The translations under genes were made by a program, and so were the position numbers. A stretch of DNA of 64,000 nt. It comes from Thermodesulfobacteriota bacterium (GTDB lineage: Bacteria; Desulfobacterota; Desulfobacteria; Desulfobacterales; SURF-7). The notes under the pieces are model-generated. The model was not told where the DNA came from, made no database searches, and saw nothing but the letters and a program-made list of their open reading frames with translations. The stretch lies in contig JBMORA010000033.1 in NCBI GenBank assembly GCA_049320885.1, forward strand, positions 32,001 to 96,000, in the 5' to 3' direction. Of this stretch, positions 36,201-45,520 are shown one piece after another (positions within the stretch are counted from its first letter, which is position 1; the number at the start of each line of letters is the position of its first letter).

Positions 36201-37952
36201 ATGACCCATCCATCGGTAATCAATCCCGGAATCATTCGCCCCGAAGATCCATATGGACCATTACGACGCATATTGCTGGTCAGTATGATCGTCATTCCCT
36301 TCATGCCGTTTCTGCTGGTTCTGGCCAGTGGCGGGTATTTTTTCTATTCCTCCATCGAAAACAAAACCATTGAAAGCATGAAGCGGATTGTGGAAGACCA
36401 TCGCCAGGTGATCGAATTTTTCCTGGAAGAACGCAAAACCGACCTGGCATGGGTGCTGAACACTTATCCGGTTGAAAAACTTCGCCAATCGGACCAGCTT
36501 CATGGTGTCATCATGGATCTGCAACGGAAATCCCCGGCTTTCGCCGATATCGGTCTTTTTGACGAAAACGGAGTCCACCTGGCCTACTGGGGCCCCTACG
36601 AGCTCAGCGGCAAAGTCTACAGCGACGCCCCCTGGTTCAAAAAAGTGATGAAGAGCGGCTGGTATATCAGCGATGTCTTCCTTGGATTTCGCAAGGAGCC
36701 GCATTTCATCATCGCCGTGCGGAAGAAGGATGGAGACCATCAATGGGTGTTGCGATCCACCATCGACAGCCGCCTTTTCACGGATTTCGTGGAAAGGGTC
36801 CGCATCGGTAAAACCGGCGAGGCCTATATCCTCAACAAGGAAGGTTTTTTTCAAACCGAGCGCCGATCCGGCGGCAGCCTCATGACCCGGGATCCGGAAC
36901 ATGAAATCCATCCCGCTTATCATTCCGGAATCGAAACGTTCATCCAGAAAGACCATAGCGGGGATGAATATCTGTACGCCACCGCCTGGCTGAAATCCAA
37001 CGATTGGCTGCTGGTGGTCCGCAAGGAGAAGTCGGATGCCTTTCAATCCCTGCGCATGGCTTCCTTCTTCAGCCTGCTGATTTCCACTGTCAGCGGCATG
37101 CTGATTATTCCCCTCGGGTTCTATGTGACCGGACGGATCATCCGGCGGATGGAAAAGATGGAGACCGACAAGGGATTTCTGGAACAACAATTGATCGGTG
37201 CCAGCCGCCTCGCGGAGCTGGGGGAAATGGCGGCAGGCTTCGCCCATGAAATCAATAACCCCCTCCAGATCATGAAGAGCGAAAAGGCCCTGATCGATAT
37301 GGTGTTGGACGAAATGCGAAAAACCGGCGAGCTCAAGGAATCCGATGACCTGGCCACCGTTCTGGATTGCATGAACCAGATCCAGCTGCAAATCAACCGG
37401 TGCGCCAAAATCACCCAGGCGATCCTGAAATTCGGCCGCCAGGGAGAACCCGCCCCCCAGACCATTGCATTGCAGGAATTCGTTCCCGAAGTCACCGCCA
37501 TGATCGAAAAGCAGGCCGCTGTTGCCGGAATTCACATCTCCCAGGATATCCATGAAAACACACCGAGGATTTATGCCGACCCGGCCCAGCTCCAGCAGGT
37601 GCTCTTGAATTTATACAACAACGCCATGGATGCCATTACCGAAAAAAATCCGACGGAAGGCGGCAGCCTGGAGATCCACGCCAAACGGAGCCAGGAGGGC
37701 AGAGCGGAAATCACGGTCACCGATTCGGGAGCCGGTATCCGACCGGAAAACCTTGAAAAAATCTTTTCGCCGTTTTTTACCACCAAGCCCGTGGGCAAAG
37801 GAACCGGTCTGGGACTGTCCGTATGCTATGGAATCATCCAGAGCATGGGAGGGAACCTGGCGGCCTCCAGCAGGGAAGGCGTCGGAACTACATTCACCAT
37901 TACACTACCGCCTCAAAAAGGACAAGTTCGCCCCGGAGTAAAAAAAATCTGA
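36201..37952 (+). CDS. Membrane sensor histidine kinase, paralog of 26263-27978
   Basis: [54 protein letters not shown]. Confidence 0.93.
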   Translation: MTHPSVINPGIIRPEDPYGPLRRILLVSMIVIPFMPFLLVLASGGYFFYSSIENKTIESMKRIVEDHRQVIEFFLEERKTDLAWVLNTYPVEKLRQSDQLHGVIMDLQRKSPAFADIGLFDENGVHLAYWGPYELSGKVYSDAPWFKKVMKSGWYISDVFLGFRKEPHFIIAVRKKDGDHQWVLRSTIDSRLFTDFVERVRIGKTGEAYILNKEGFFQTERRSGGSLMTRDPEHEIHPAYHSGIETFIQKDHSGDEYLYATAWLKSNDWLLVVRKEKSDAFQSLRMASFFSLLISTVSGMLIIPLGFYVTGRIIRRMEKMETDKGFLEQQLIGASRLAELGEMAAGFAHEINNPLQIMKSEKALIDMVLDEMRKTGELKESDDLATVLDCMNQIQLQINRCAKITQAILKFGRQGEPAPQTIALQEFVPEVTAMIEKQAAVAGIHISQDIHENTPRIYADPAQLQQVLLNLYNNAMDAITEKNPTEGGSLEIHAKRSQEGRAEITVTDSGAGIRPENLEKIFSPFFTTKPVGKGTGLGLSVCYGIIQSMGGNLAASSREGVGTTFTITLPPQKGQVRPGVKKI

Positions 37953-37980
37953 CCGGTCTCACACCAGTTTTTTTTCACTC

Positions 37981-38019
37981 TGTAAATAATCCTGACAGCG
38001 GGGGTATCCCGGACAGACC
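37981..38019. promoter_or_regulatory. Putative enhancer (UAS), second copy
   Basis: TGTAAATAATCCTGACA (TGT-N11-ACA) and CCGGACAGACC (38009-38019); weaker box at 37937-37954. Confidence 0.55.
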
Positions 38020-38092
38020 CGCGTTGGCTATGCCCGTGGATAATTCACATATTTTTATACAGATCCACTCCTGCCGGACCATTCACTCCGGT

Positions 38093-38108
38093 TGGCACAA
38101 AGGTTGCT
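38093..38108 (+). promoter_or_regulatory. Sigma54 -24/-12 promoter
   Basis: TGGCACA-AAGG-TTGCT. Confidence 0.78.
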
Positions 38109-38220
38109 GTTTTTGAATGGCAGTGTGGAAACCACACCGGCAGACCCGTCATCGTCCTTCCGGGAACGATGACGCTGGAAACACACAGGGTCAAGACAAG
38201 AGAATGAAAGAACCAATCCA

Positions 38221-38628
38221 ATGAACTTGATGCTTGTCGATGATGAGGAGCGCTTTCTGGAGACCACCCGGAAATTGCTCGAAAAAAAAGGCTACCGGGT
38301 CGTCACGGCCACTAACGGCGCCGAGGCCATGCAACTGCTCAACAGCCAAACGGTTCACGTGGTCATCCTGGATGTCAAAATGCCCGGGAAGGACGGCAAT
38401 ACCGTCTTAAAAGAAATCAAAAGCCAGTTTCCCCTGGTGGAAGTCATCATGCTGACCGGTCATGCCACCATGGAATCCGCCATTGACGGTCTGAAATTCG
38501 GCGCCACCGACTACCTGACCAAACCCGCGGATATGGAGTTGCTGATTCAAAAAGCCGAGGATGCCTATGAAAAAAGGCTCCGTCATGAAGAAAGAATTCA
38601 AAAGGAGGTTCCGCATGCAATTCTTTAA
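38221..38628 (+). CDS. Stand-alone response regulator receiver
   Basis: MLVDDE, ILDVKMP, IMLTGH, YLTKP. Confidence 0.92.
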   Translation: MNLMLVDDEERFLETTRKLLEKKGYRVVTATNGAEAMQLLNSQTVHVVILDVKMPGKDGNTVLKEIKSQFPLVEVIMLTGHATMESAIDGLKFGATDYLTKPADMELLIQKAEDAYEKRLRHEERIQKEVPHAIL

Positions 38629-39550
38629 AAGGATTTTCTTCCCGCTGGATCTCTCGGAAACATCCGCGAAACTGGCACCCTATGCGCTTTCCATGGCCCG
38701 GAAATTCTCCGCCAAACTTCACATCGTTTTCGTGGCCAGAATGTTCGACCATTTTTCGGAAATGTATGTCGCCGATACCATGATCGCCAATTTCCAGAAA
38801 GCGGTGATGGAAGGCGCCAAAAAGCGTTTGCAGGAATTCACCACGGAACATCTTGCTTCCTGGCCCCATGTAGAAACAACCGTACTCGCCGGAGATATCG
38901 CCGAAGAAATCCTTGCCTATTTGGAAGCAAACACCTTCGACTTGATGATATTGGGAACCCATGGTCGAAAAGGCCTCGAGAAAATTTTCTTCGGCTCCGT
39001 GGCGGAACGGCTGCTGAAAGCCTCCCCCGCGCCGGTTTTGCTGATCAACCCCTATCGTCTGGAATCCATCCGCGGTGCCGGTTTTCCGGATACGCCCTTC
39101 CGTAAGATCATGTTTCCGGTGGATCTGTCCACCATTTCACCCGTCATTGTTCCCTTTGTCAAAGCCGTTGCCGGCGCTTTCGGCGCCGACATCGAACTGC
39201 TGCGGGTCATGCGCTCGGTCAATTATTTCAATTCGCTTTACGTACCGGACAACTCGATTTTTACCTTCGAGGAAGAACTGCGACTGGGCGCCAAGCGGAA
39301 GATGGAAGAATTCAAGCAAGCACATTTCGCCGATGCCCCCGGTGCCAAAACCAACGTTCTTGTCGGCGATATATCGGAATGTATCCTGGATTTCGCCCGT
39401 TCCAAGCAGGTGGATCTTATCGTCATGGGCACGCATGGCCGGAAAGGATTGGACAAGATCATGTACGGTTCCGTTGCCGAACGGGTGGCCAAGGCCTCAC
39501 CGGTTCCGGTGCTGCTGGTCAACCCCCATCGGGTCTCCCGGCAAGCATGA
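38615..39550 (+). CDS. Tandem-domain universal stress protein
   Basis: Two USP domains, each with FP.DLS and GTHGRKGL.KI..GSVAER. Confidence 0.92.
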   Translation: MQFFKRIFFPLDLSETSAKLAPYALSMARKFSAKLHIVFVARMFDHFSEMYVADTMIANFQKAVMEGAKKRLQEFTTEHLASWPHVETTVLAGDIAEEILAYLEANTFDLMILGTHGRKGLEKIFFGSVAERLLKASPAPVLLINPYRLESIRGAGFPDTPFRKIMFPVDLSTISPVIVPFVKAVAGAFGADIELLRVMRSVNYFNSLYVPDNSIFTFEEELRLGAKRKMEEFKQAHFADAPGAKTNVLVGDISECILDFARSKQVDLIVMGTHGRKGLDKIMYGSVAERVAKASPVPVLLVNPHRVSRQA

Positions 39551-39616
39551 CCGAAACGGGATCTGAAATCTGACATTTCAAATCACCAGAAGTGGTTTTT
39601 TCTTGGAGGTTCCGCC

Positions 39617-40567
39617 ATGAAACAAAAATACCTGCTGGCGGTGGATCGGTTTGACCAGTCCCTTTCGGTCGTCCGCTATTTCAGCAAAATTGTCCCCCCC
39701 GACCGGGCTGAAGCGGTGCTGTTCCGGGTGAATCCCCCGGTCCCGGAATGTCTATTCGACCTGGAGAAAGATCCCCATCCGGGAATCGACCTCCTGCCCA
39801 TCGATGGCTGGAGTTCCCATGAAAAAGAAGCCGCCGAAGCCTTTTTCGATGCCGCCAGGATCATGCTGCTGCAGAAAGGCTTTGCACCGTCAGCCATTAC
39901 CGTCCTTCACCAGCCGCGCCAAAGAGGTATCGCCAGGGATATCGCGGACGAATCCAGAAAAGGATATGCGGCTCTGTTGATCGGACGCTCGGAAACCCAT
40001 GACATGAACGACATATCCCTGGGCAGCGTAACCACCAAACTGGTTCACCTGTGCGATCATCTCCCCCTGGCGGTAATCGGCGCCAACCCGCCGACGGACA
40101 GGTTTCTTATCGGTATGGATCGTTCCGAAGGCGCGCGGCGTGCCGTTGAATTCGTCGCCGGCATTCTTCACAACCCGGGTATCGACGTAACCCTTTGCCA
40201 TGTGATCCGGTCGCTCAAACTGAAACAGCTGCGCAACCGTCCCGCCGGAAAACAGGCGGCTGTTTTTTCACCGGAACATGAACTCAAGTGGCAGAAAATC
40301 AACCAGGAAGGCATCCGGCCGGTACTTCATCTTGCCGAACGCCAATTTGTAGATGCCGGCTGGGCGCCCCATAAAGTTCACAGCAAAGTGATTCTGGAAG
40401 TCGAAAAACGTTCCCAGTGTCTGGTGAATGAAATGCTGACCGAAGGCCACGGCAGCATCGTGCTCGGCCGCAGAGGCGCTTCCGTTGTAAAAGAATTTTT
40501 CATGGGCCGGGTGGGCCAGAAAGTGTTGAATCTGGCCGCAAACCGGGCTGTATGGATTGTCAATTGA
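39617..40567 (+). CDS. Tandem-domain universal stress protein
   Basis: LLAVD, GIARDI, LGSVTTKL; IGMDRS, LGRRG.S.VKEFFMGRV. Confidence 0.85.
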   Translation: MKQKYLLAVDRFDQSLSVVRYFSKIVPPDRAEAVLFRVNPPVPECLFDLEKDPHPGIDLLPIDGWSSHEKEAAEAFFDAARIMLLQKGFAPSAITVLHQPRQRGIARDIADESRKGYAALLIGRSETHDMNDISLGSVTTKLVHLCDHLPLAVIGANPPTDRFLIGMDRSEGARRAVEFVAGILHNPGIDVTLCHVIRSLKLKQLRNRPAGKQAAVFSPEHELKWQKINQEGIRPVLHLAERQFVDAGWAPHKVHSKVILEVEKRSQCLVNEMLTEGHGSIVLGRRGASVVKEFFMGRVGQKVLNLAANRAVWIVN

Positions 40568-40568
40568 C

Positions 40569-41477
40569 ATGCGCGCGATATTAGACCTGTTTCGCCGGCC
40601 CGAACCGAAAGCACAAGGCCTTGGCGCTTCCCGCCTTTCAAGGGGGCTTGTTTTCGCGGTTTCCCTGCTCCTGACCGCGGCGATCGGATATCTGCGGCAT
40701 CTCACCGGACCGGAGTACGCCTTGTCGGCCTTCTATATTTTCCCCATCGCATTATCCGCCTGGCTGGTGGGCATCTGGGGCGGGGTCTCTATTTCCGCGG
40801 CCGGAGCCCTTTCCTGGCTGACGGCGGATCTTTCCATTATCGAGTCCTTCTCAAATCCCTATGTGCCGTATGTGAACGAAACGTTTCGCTTGCTGGTATT
40901 CCTGTTCATCGCCCTGCTGATCTCCAAAATGAAAGCCCTGGTCGAATCCCAGAAGCAGCTGGCCAGAACCGACCCCCTGACCGGAATTTCCAACCGGCTG
41001 GCGTTTTTTGAATTCGCCGAAAGCGCGATCCAGCATGCCCGGAGGTTCGGCCACCCGGTTTCCATCCTTTCCCTCGACCTGGATAATTTTAAAAGCGTCA
41101 ACGATTGTTACGGCCACCGGGAAGGCGACAAGCTCCTGCGCCTGGTTGCCGGGACCATCCGGGCCAATATCCGCGTCATCGATATCGTCGCCCGCTTCGG
41201 CGGCGATGAATTCGTGATTTTACTCTCCCGAACGGACAGCGACGCCGCCTTTCAGTTGGGGGTCAAGCTGCAGCGCAAACTCCTCGCCCTGATGAAACAA
41301 AACAACTGGCCGGCCACCGCCAGCATCGGCGTCGCCACCTATGAAGACGTTCAGACAAGCATCCATGAAATGGTCGCTTCCGCCGATGCCCTGATGTATT
41401 CCGCCAAACAGAACGGCAAAAACCTGGTCCTGAGAAAAATCAGCGATCAGACCAAAACCTCTTCCGGTATTCATTAG
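40569..41477 (+). CDS. Membrane-anchored diguanylate cyclase
   Basis: N-terminal TMs; DPLTG..NR, DLDNFK.VND.YGH..GD, RxxD I-site (RVID) and intact GGDEF. Confidence 0.92.
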   Translation: MRAILDLFRRPEPKAQGLGASRLSRGLVFAVSLLLTAAIGYLRHLTGPEYALSAFYIFPIALSAWLVGIWGGVSISAAGALSWLTADLSIIESFSNPYVPYVNETFRLLVFLFIALLISKMKALVESQKQLARTDPLTGISNRLAFFEFAESAIQHARRFGHPVSILSLDLDNFKSVNDCYGHREGDKLLRLVAGTIRANIRVIDIVARFGGDEFVILLSRTDSDAAFQLGVKLQRKLLALMKQNNWPATASIGVATYEDVQTSIHEMVASADALMYSAKQNGKNLVLRKISDQTKTSSGIH

Positions 41478-41489
41478 AAAGGAGGAATC

Positions 41490-41765
41490 ATGGCGGCCAA
41501 CTCAAAAATCCGTTTTTATAAAGATGGGAAACAGGTGCGGTTTCAACTGAACGGCGATTTCGACGGTTCCATGGCATTGCAGCTGATCGGCATGATCGGC
41601 GATCATTGCGGCCGTTCCGATGCCGTCGTGATCGACACCGACGATCTCAGGGATTTGTTACCATTCGGGGTGGAAGTTTTTCACAAACGCTTGCGGACGG
41701 ATCTCGGTTTCCCCCTTCATTGCCGGGTGGTCGGTTCCAAATCAGCCCTCCTGCAGCCACATTAA
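41490..41765 (+). CDS. Small STAS/anti-anti-sigma-like protein
   Basis: FQLNGDFDGS.A..L, VVIDT..L..L.PFG; strong AGGAGG RBS. Confidence 0.6.
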   Translation: MAANSKIRFYKDGKQVRFQLNGDFDGSMALQLIGMIGDHCGRSDAVVIDTDDLRDLLPFGVEVFHKRLRTDLGFPLHCRVVGSKSALLQPH

Positions 41766-41857
41766 AAAACTGCTGAATTACTCCCCCAGGGAACTGGAGG
41801 AATACCTGGAGTTGGAAAACCAAACCCTGCTGCGGGTTTTGCGTTGCTCACCGGAAT

Positions 41858-41908
41858 GGAAAAACCGGGTGGCTTGACTTTTTCTCCAGGCCGGTTTTTC
41901 CTGTTTTT
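41858..41908. terminator. Possible terminator hairpin between convergent genes
   Basis: GGAAAAACCGG...CCGGTTTTTCC followed by a T-rich tract; loop is long. Confidence 0.4.
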
Positions 41909-41992
41909 CGATTGTTACCAGCAGCGGATTCAGTTGAAACCGCGCTGAAGCATCGGAGCTCCAGGCGATTTCAACCTGTCCATGAGAGGGAA

Positions 41993-42829
41993 TCAGACGA
42001 GCTTGCCCATTTTTCCCGCGATGCTGTCAAATGCCTTGGTAACGGGTGAATCCACATATTTTTCCTGGTAGGAGACACCGGCATCGCCGCAGGTCACCAT
42101 GGCCGTGTCAAACGGAATCCGGCCCAAAAAGGGGATGCCGGTTTCGAGGGCCGTGCGTTCTCCGCCGCCGGAGCCGAAAATCTCGATCAGTTGATTGCAG
42201 TGGGGGCATTGCAATCCGCTCATGTTTTCGATGAGCCCGAAAATGTCCATCTTGACGACCCGGCAGAAATTGATGGACTTGCGGACATCCGCAAGGGACA
42301 CTTCCTGGGGCGTGGTCACGATGACGGCCTTGGCGTCCTTGATGATCTGGGCCACGGTCAAAGGTTCGTCGCCGGTCCCCGGAGGAGCGTCGATGAGCAG
42401 AAAATCGAGGTCTCCCCAGGCGACATCGCCGATGAATTGGCGGATGGCCGAATGCTTGACCGGACCCCGCCAGATAATGGCGTCATCCTTGTTGACGCTC
42501 AGGCTCTCAATGGAAATCGCCGCCAGTCTGTCCGAATAACGCAGTGGAACCAGCTTCTGATCCCGATCCACATCCAGCATGCCGGACAGCCCCAGCATGC
42601 GGGGGATATCGGGGCCATGAATATCCACATCCATGATGCCGACACGGAAGCCCTTCTTGGCCAGAGCCATGGCCAGATTCACCGTGACACTGGTTTTCCC
42701 GACGCCGCCCTTTCCGCTCATGACAATCAATTTGTTTTTTATTTTTCCAAGCGAAGCCTTGACCGGCGCATCCGGGTCGGGTTTGGCCTCCGCCGGGCAA
42801 CTCGCGATATTGATACCGTCCTGTTTCAT
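41993..42829 (-). CDS. Mrp/ApbC/NBP35 Fe-S cluster carrier ATPase
   Basis: SGKGGVGKT, DVDIHGP, IWRGP, DAPPGTGDE, VTTPQ, ENMS...CPHC. Confidence 0.93.
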   Translation of the reverse strand: MKQDGINIASCPAEAKPDPDAPVKASLGKIKNKLIVMSGKGGVGKTSVTVNLAMALAKKGFRVGIMDVDIHGPDIPRMLGLSGMLDVDRDQKLVPLRYSDRLAAISIESLSVNKDDAIIWRGPVKHSAIRQFIGDVAWGDLDFLLIDAPPGTGDEPLTVAQIIKDAKAVIVTTPQEVSLADVRKSINFCRVVKMDIFGLIENMSGLQCPHCNQLIEIFGSGGGERTALETGIPFLGRIPFDTAMVTCGDAGVSYQEKYVDSPVTKAFDSIAGKMGKLV

Positions 42830-42896
42830 ACTGTCTTCCTTTCTTTTTCTTGGCAAAATAGATGATACGGCTGCATTGCGGAACCGGCCTTCGAAT

Positions 42897-43325
42897 TTAT
42901 CCCCCGGCTTCCAGATGCGGGAGACGATAAATGTTTTCGTCATGACAAGCCGGGCAGCATCCGGGATGGCCGCTGCCCTGGGGCTCCTCCCACTGTGTGT
43001 TGCAATGCTGGCAGACGAATATTCTTTTTACGTCCCCGATCCGATAATTGCCGCCCTGGACATTGATGGCCTTGCCGTTGATCAGGGCATCGGCGATGAT
43101 CCCCCGCGCGCGGTTGACGATTCGCCCGAAGGTGGCCCGGGAGACACCCATCTGTTGCCCGGCCTCTTCGTGGGACAGGCCTTCCAAATCCGCGAGACGG
43201 ATGGCTTCGCGTTCATCAACGGTCAGGGCGACTTCCTCCAGCTCGATCATGGGAATTCCGCGGGGCTTGAAATAACTGACGTTGGGATTGAAGGTGACAA
43301 TTCGATCTTTCTGGGGACGGACCAT
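42897..43325 (-). CDS. DUF134-family HTH protein with C-terminal Cys motifs
   Basis: MVRPQK.R, FKPRGIP, EAIRLAD.EGL..EEA...MGVSRATF; CxxC...CPxC. Confidence 0.88.
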   Translation of the reverse strand: MVRPQKDRIVTFNPNVSYFKPRGIPMIELEEVALTVDEREAIRLADLEGLSHEEAGQQMGVSRATFGRIVNRARGIIADALINGKAINVQGGNYRIGDVKRIFVCQHCNTQWEEPQGSGHPGCCPACHDENIYRLPHLEAGG

Positions 43326-43335
43326 ATGTTATCCT

Positions 43336-43388
43336 TTATGGGAAAATACTCATAACAGGAAAATAGTGGCCGTCGCCCGGAAAGTCAA
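43336..43388 (-). promoter_or_regulatory. Sigma70 promoter and palindromic operator for DUF134-mrp
   Basis: Minus strand TTGACT (43388-43383), 17 nt, TATTTT (43365-43360); imperfect palindrome TTATGGGAAAATACTCATAA (43336-43355). Confidence 0.6.
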
Positions 43389-43396
43389 GGCCTTTT

Positions 43397-44650
43397 TCAG
43401 GCGGGGAAAACGTGCGGGGGAAATGAAGATTTTTCGAAATGCTTCCCGAGGGCCTCGAATAAATCGCGGATCAAACGCCGGGGGTTTTCGATTCGACCAA
43501 GGGCCGGATCTTTCAGCAACCGGTTGGTGCGCTCCATTCCCAGGCGGAATTGGTCGAGCATATCCGCCGGAATTGCATTCGATCCCGTCCCCTGGTGTCG
43601 CTCTTCTCCGCTGTACGCCCGGTTTTCCAGAACGGCTGCGTATCGGGTTTGCTGAACGTCCATGTCCAGAGAGAAGCCGGACAGTTCCGTGGAATCGAAA
43701 TCGATGGATGCCGCCTGGGAGATGGTTTTCCCCATATCGAAGGCATAAAAGGTTTTGGCCAGTCCGGCAATGTCGCCGATGAGTTCCCGGATGGCCGTGA
43801 TTTCATCCTCGTCCAGGTCGCCCCGGATGCTATAGGCGAGGTTCTTTTCCAGGTAGCCGTATTGTTCCGTACGCATGGTACCGCCGTCGGATCCGGCGGC
43901 TGCAAATTGGCTTTGCCCGGCTCCCGCAGTCTGGTGAATATCGATGCTCACCCGGTCGCCGTCACGGGTCATGATGGTGAGACTCAGATTGCGGGACTCA
44001 TCGAAAGCCATCGTTGAATACGAATAACTGCCGGAATCAGCACCGGCGGTTCTGGTCTTGATATCCTGAACCCCCTGCTTGATCAATCCGTACGCCTGAT
44101 CCACCGCATCCATGATCTCTTGAAAATGCTCCGCGCCGGAAAAATCGCCGCGGGTTTGGGAATATCCCCGATCCACTCCCTGCTCCAGACGGCCCGCCCA
44201 TTCATTCCCGCTTGTGGAAGGAGAAATGGCCGGTTTCGTCGCGGCCGGCAGTGACGCTCCCGTTGCTTCGCTCCGGGAAACGGGCCCCGACCCTGTTTCC
44301 ACTCCGCCAGCTGCGGTTCCGGACGAAGCCGTTGGTCCAGCCGGAGCTTCTCCGAAGAGCCGGTTCTCAAGCGCTCGCAGAAACCGTCCGGCGATGGATG
44401 CGGGACTTGTCTTCGCCCGATACGGGCCGGTCTTCCCGATGGCTTGACGATCCATCACCCGTCCCAACTCACCTTCGATCCGGTTGATGAAATGCAGCAG
44501 CCCGGCGTCCGGTTCCGGCTGACTCAGCGAAACCGCGTCCGTTTCCATGGGAAAGGGGGTCGGCCCCGCAATGGGCTGTTCCGTTGTGGTGATGCTTTCC
44601 GGATATCGGGAAGATACAGCCGGGACATGGGATTGGATAGGGTTCAACAT
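43397..44650 (-). CDS. DUF5610-like hypothetical protein
   Basis: GV.RGY.Q.R, L.IMTRDGDRVSI, YSIRGDLDEDEI.AI.EL, FDSTELSGFSL; GGAGG RBS before MLNPIQ. Confidence 0.6.
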   Translation of the reverse strand: MLNPIQSHVPAVSSRYPESITTTEQPIAGPTPFPMETDAVSLSQPEPDAGLLHFINRIEGELGRVMDRQAIGKTGPYRAKTSPASIAGRFLRALENRLFGEAPAGPTASSGTAAGGVETGSGPVSRSEATGASLPAATKPAISPSTSGNEWAGRLEQGVDRGYSQTRGDFSGAEHFQEIMDAVDQAYGLIKQGVQDIKTRTAGADSGSYSYSTMAFDESRNLSLTIMTRDGDRVSIDIHQTAGAGQSQFAAAGSDGGTMRTEQYGYLEKNLAYSIRGDLDEDEITAIRELIGDIAGLAKTFYAFDMGKTISQAASIDFDSTELSGFSLDMDVQQTRYAAVLENRAYSGEERHQGTGSNAIPADMLDQFRLGMERTNRLLKDPALGRIENPRRLIRDLFEALGKHFEKSSFPPHVFPA

Positions 44651-44788
44651 GGGGACGCCTCCTTCCATGGACGCAAGGTCGTTGGGACTGCCGTGTCCCG
44701 GGGGAAAAGCATACCGCCCGCGTCACGAACGGGAATAGCGCTCCCCGCGAAAAAACGAACAGAATGCAATGCTGATTTGTTGATTTTC

Positions 44789-44816
44789 ATATCGGACGAT
44801 TTGTGATAGAACTTTA
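44789..44816 (-). promoter_or_regulatory. Possible sigma28 (FliA) promoter
   Basis: Minus strand TAAAGTTC-N12-TCCGATAT; spacing is one base longer than the enteric consensus. Confidence 0.4.
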
Positions 44817-44852
44817 GCAATACTTTTTTAACCCCAACCGAAACGAATAAAC

Positions 44853-45062
44853 ATGCTGTACTATTCAAAATATCTAGCTGTTTTACTGGCCGCCCTGATC
44901 CTGGGCCGCTGGTTCGATCAGGAACGAAAACGTCTTCGCGCCCAGGGTTTGCCCTGGCATCATGCCTGGCGGACCACCCCCGGTGTGATCATCATCATCT
45001 GCATCGGTCTGCTGATCGCCCTGCGACTGTTGCTGTCATTCCGTCTCCCTGGCGGATGGTAA
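44853..45062 (+). CDS. Small two-TM membrane protein
   Basis: 69 aa, two hydrophobic helices around a basic PW..AW..PG loop. Confidence 0.6.
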   Translation: MLYYSKYLAVLLAALILGRWFDQERKRLRAQGLPWHHAWRTTPGVIIIICIGLLIALRLLLSFRLPGGW

Positions 45063-45097
45063 GAAGCTGTCAACCAAATCCAGAGGCATTGCATGCA

Positions 45098-45505
45098 ATG
45101 GAACACATGAAAACCGTGGTTGATCACGATCGTTTTGCCGCCCATGTGGGAATCCGTCTGACGGCGGTGGGTGCGGGATATGCCCGCGCCGAGCTGGATG
45201 TGGCGGATTGTCATCTGAACGGTCTGGGAACCGCCCATGGCGGCGTCATTTTCACCCTGGCGGATCTGGCGTTCGCCGCGGCCTCCAATTCCCATGGTAT
45301 CGACGCCATGGCGGTGACCGTCCATATTTCCTATTTCAAGGCCGTGCGGGAAGGGACATTGATCGCCGAAGCCACGGAATTGTCCCTGAACCGGAAACTC
45401 GCCACCTATGCCGTCCACGTTTCCGAAAAAAACGGTGACCGGGTGGCCGCCTTTGTCGGAACCGCCTACCGCAAATCACCAAAGGACGGGGCGGGCCGTT
45501 CATAG
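45098..45505 (+). CDS. PaaI-family hotdog thioesterase
   Basis: DRFAAHVGI, HLNGLGTAHGGVIFTLAD.AFAAASNS. Confidence 0.88.
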   Translation: MEHMKTVVDHDRFAAHVGIRLTAVGAGYARAELDVADCHLNGLGTAHGGVIFTLADLAFAAASNSHGIDAMAVTVHISYFKAVREGTLIAEATELSLNRKLATYAVHVSEKNGDRVAAFVGTAYRKSPKDGAGRS

Positions 45506-45520
45506 CTCCCGATGCCGGGG

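Noticed and set aside
41760..41877. Coding-looking stretch (LLNYSPRELEEYLELENQTLLRVLRCSPEWKNRVA) after the STAS-like gene
   Set aside because: No start codon or RBS, about 35 codons, no recognisable family; possibly a remnant
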